Of a stretch of DNA of 45,281 nt, positions 43,457-45,281 are shown in pieces (within the stretch, counting starts at the first letter, position 1; each line of letters opens with the position of its first letter). The position numbers and the translations under genes were made by a program. Under the pieces are notes generated by a model. The model made no database searches and was not told the origin of the DNA. It worked only from the letters and a program-made list of their open reading frames with translations. The stretch lies in the IMG/VR virus record IMGVR_UViG_3300037424_000380, positions 1 to 45,281 of that record. One strand, written 5' to 3'. The stretch is from a virus. Taxonomy: Duplodnaviria > Caudoviricetes.

Positions 43457-45262
43457 ATGAGCATTCAAGGACAGCTACCGGCGATCATACCGGAGCAGGA
43501 TGAGAAGTCCACCAAAATCGTCAAGGCGTTGGCCACATATAAAACGGAAGCCGAACACAATCGCAAGTCCGGGATGAACCCGCGTGATGACAAATGGCGG
43601 CAGAACCTCGACCTGTACTGGAACCGCTATGACCACTCGAACAAGGCCGACTGGCAGTCGAAGAACGTGATGCCAGAGGTTCCAGCATTTGTGGACCGCT
43701 TTGCTGCGGCACTGAAGGAAGCGCTGGTGTCTACACCGACCGGCTTCTACACAGTCACCGACCCGTATGACACAGAAAACGACTTGACGACCCCAATCAA
43801 AAACATGACGGACGTGTGGCTGTCGGTCATTGGCCGCAACCAGATTGGCCAGCCTATGGACTTCTCGACCGTCTTCGAGGAACAGATGAAGATGGGTGCT
43901 CTGATGGCCATGTCTGGCGTTGTGCTGTGGAAGGACGATGTGCCGGGTGGTCGCGTGGCATTTGAGAGTGTGGACCCGCGCTTCATCTGGCTGGACCATA
44001 CCTATCGGAACCTGTATCGTATCCGCCGCACAGAGGTGGACGCGGTGGATATCGCCCGGATGGCTAGTGCTACCTCCAGCAAGGGAAACCCCATCTACAA
44101 CCTTCCTGAGTTAAACCGACTAGTCGGCTCACTGACACAAGATCGGCGACAGCAGGAGGAAATGACCGGACACGGCAGCGAGGTACGCTCGGATCGCAAA
44201 CCGATCATTCTGGACGAGTACATTGCATCGGTCGTGGATGAGCATGGGCAGTTGCTGATGGACAACGAGGTTGTCATCGTGGCCAACGACGAATATCTCA
44301 TCCGTGGGCCTGAGCAGAACCCGTTCTGGCATAAGAAGGACTGGATGGTTTACACGCCATTGATGCCAGTCCCGCTCTCCCCGTATGGGCGCAGCTACAT
44401 GGAGGACTTCGGCTCTATTGCAAAGGTCTTCACCGATCTGACGAACCTGATCCTCGATGCCACATATATGGCCTCCATGAACGCTTATGCACTCGTGCCA
44501 TCCATGCTGAAAGACCCGACACAGGTGAATAGCGGGATCTATCCGAACAAGATCTTCCATCTTGAGGAAGGGTATACGGTCGAGGACTTCGCGAAAAAGA
44601 TCGAACTTGGTTCACTGGATGCAGGATCGATCCAGATCTGGCAGAGTATCAAGAACGAGTTGTCGGATGCTGCCGGGATGAATGAGATCGGCCTCGGTCA
44701 GCTGCCCGAGAAGACACACATTGCGGCAACGGCGGTCGCTGGCGCTCAGCAGTCTTCGTCTGCCATTTTGCGCAGCGTTGCGCAGACGGTGGAGACACGG
44801 TTTCTTGACCCGCTGTTGGATCTGGTGTGGAAGACTGGGTTGCAGCATGCCTCACCAAACGATGTGCGAATGGCTAATGCGGTCGGCAAGGATATGTACA
44901 CGGCCCTACTCTCGCGGCGTCGGGAGTTGATCAGGCAGCCGATCACGTTTCAAGCTCGTGGCATTTCCGGGCTGATCCAGAAGCAGCAAAAGCTACAGGC
45001 GTTGTTAGGTGTGATGCAGGTGATTTCCCAGAATGAAAATCTCTTGGCAGCTTTCATGCAGCGGATTGATATGAATAAGTTTATTGATCTGTTGTTCATG
45101 CTGTCCAATGTGGACCTGACCAAAATGGCTCCGTCGCAGCGCGAGCAAATGATCAAAAGCGTGGCACAACCAATGCAGGAGGCTGCGGCAGGTGGTCAGG
45201 CATCACCGGCAGGGCTCAAACAGATGGGTGATCTGGCTACAACCATGGGAGTGGCACAGTAA
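43457..45262 (+). CDS. Portal protein (P22/T7-like size)
   Basis: 601 aa after TerL; NPFWH...PYGRS, TATAV-like segment, helical C-terminus. Confidence 0.85.
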   Translation: MSIQGQLPAIIPEQDEKSTKIVKALATYKTEAEHNRKSGMNPRDDKWRQNLDLYWNRYDHSNKADWQSKNVMPEVPAFVDRFAAALKEALVSTPTGFYTVTDPYDTENDLTTPIKNMTDVWLSVIGRNQIGQPMDFSTVFEEQMKMGALMAMSGVVLWKDDVPGGRVAFESVDPRFIWLDHTYRNLYRIRRTEVDAVDIARMASATSSKGNPIYNLPELNRLVGSLTQDRRQQEEMTGHGSEVRSDRKPIILDEYIASVVDEHGQLLMDNEVVIVANDEYLIRGPEQNPFWHKKDWMVYTPLMPVPLSPYGRSYMEDFGSIAKVFTDLTNLILDATYMASMNAYALVPSMLKDPTQVNSGIYPNKIFHLEEGYTVEDFAKKIELGSLDAGSIQIWQSIKNELSDAAGMNEIGLGQLPEKTHIAATAVAGAQQSSSAILRSVAQTVETRFLDPLLDLVWKTGLQHASPNDVRMANAVGKDMYTALLSRRRELIRQPITFQARGISGLIQKQQKLQALLGVMQVISQNENLLAAFMQRIDMNKFIDLLFMLSNVDLTKMAPSQREQMIKSVAQPMQEAAAGGQASPAGLKQMGDLATTMGVAQ

Positions 45263-45281
45263 TGGTTGTGATAGATCTTGG
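45093..45281 (+). repeat. Right copy of 189-bp terminal direct repeat
   Basis: Matches 1-189 with one synonymous mismatch. Confidence 0.97.

Larger units (their letters stand above)
1..45281. mobile_element. Complete or near-complete tailed phage genome (podovirus-like, probably lytic, probable alphaproteobacterial host)
   Basis: Terminase, portal, capsid, tail, ejection, lysis and replication modules are all present; the ends overlap; no host housekeeping genes, integrase or att-linked repressor seen. Confidence 0.93.

Overview
This window appears to be the complete genome of a tailed dsDNA phage with a podovirus/P22-like virion plan, about 45.1 kb, opened inside the portal gene. A 189-bp direct repeat at the two ends indicates a circular or permuted assembly. 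The host is probably an alphaproteobacterium, judged from apparent GANTC avoidance and gene content. Layout: (+) head, tail, ejection, lysis genes and a secreted protease (0.2-17.1 kb); (-) nucleotide-metabolism, split DNA polymerase and recombination genes plus an array of small paralogues (17.2-28.5 kb); (+) small early/accessory genes (28.8-35.5 kb); (-) a two-gene operon split by a hammerhead ribozyme (35.6-36.6 kb); a 1.2-kb repeat-rich non-coding region; (+) RepA-like helicase, terminase subunits, a lysozyme-domain protein and portal (37.9-45.3 kb). I recognised no integrase, repressor, primase, tRNA or CRISPR. The most striking signals are: 19 dispersed copies of the palindrome (Y)GTTTAAAC(R); a textbook type II hammerhead ribozyme; six tandem divergent small paralogues ending in a K-V-T-(I/V)-E-like strand; a family A polymerase split inside its proofreading domain with an atypical motif B; a candidate small RNA complementary over 17 nt to the RBS/start of a phage gene; and two distant TGATAA repeat clusters overlapping promoters. 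All calls come from reading motifs by eye; no searches were run.
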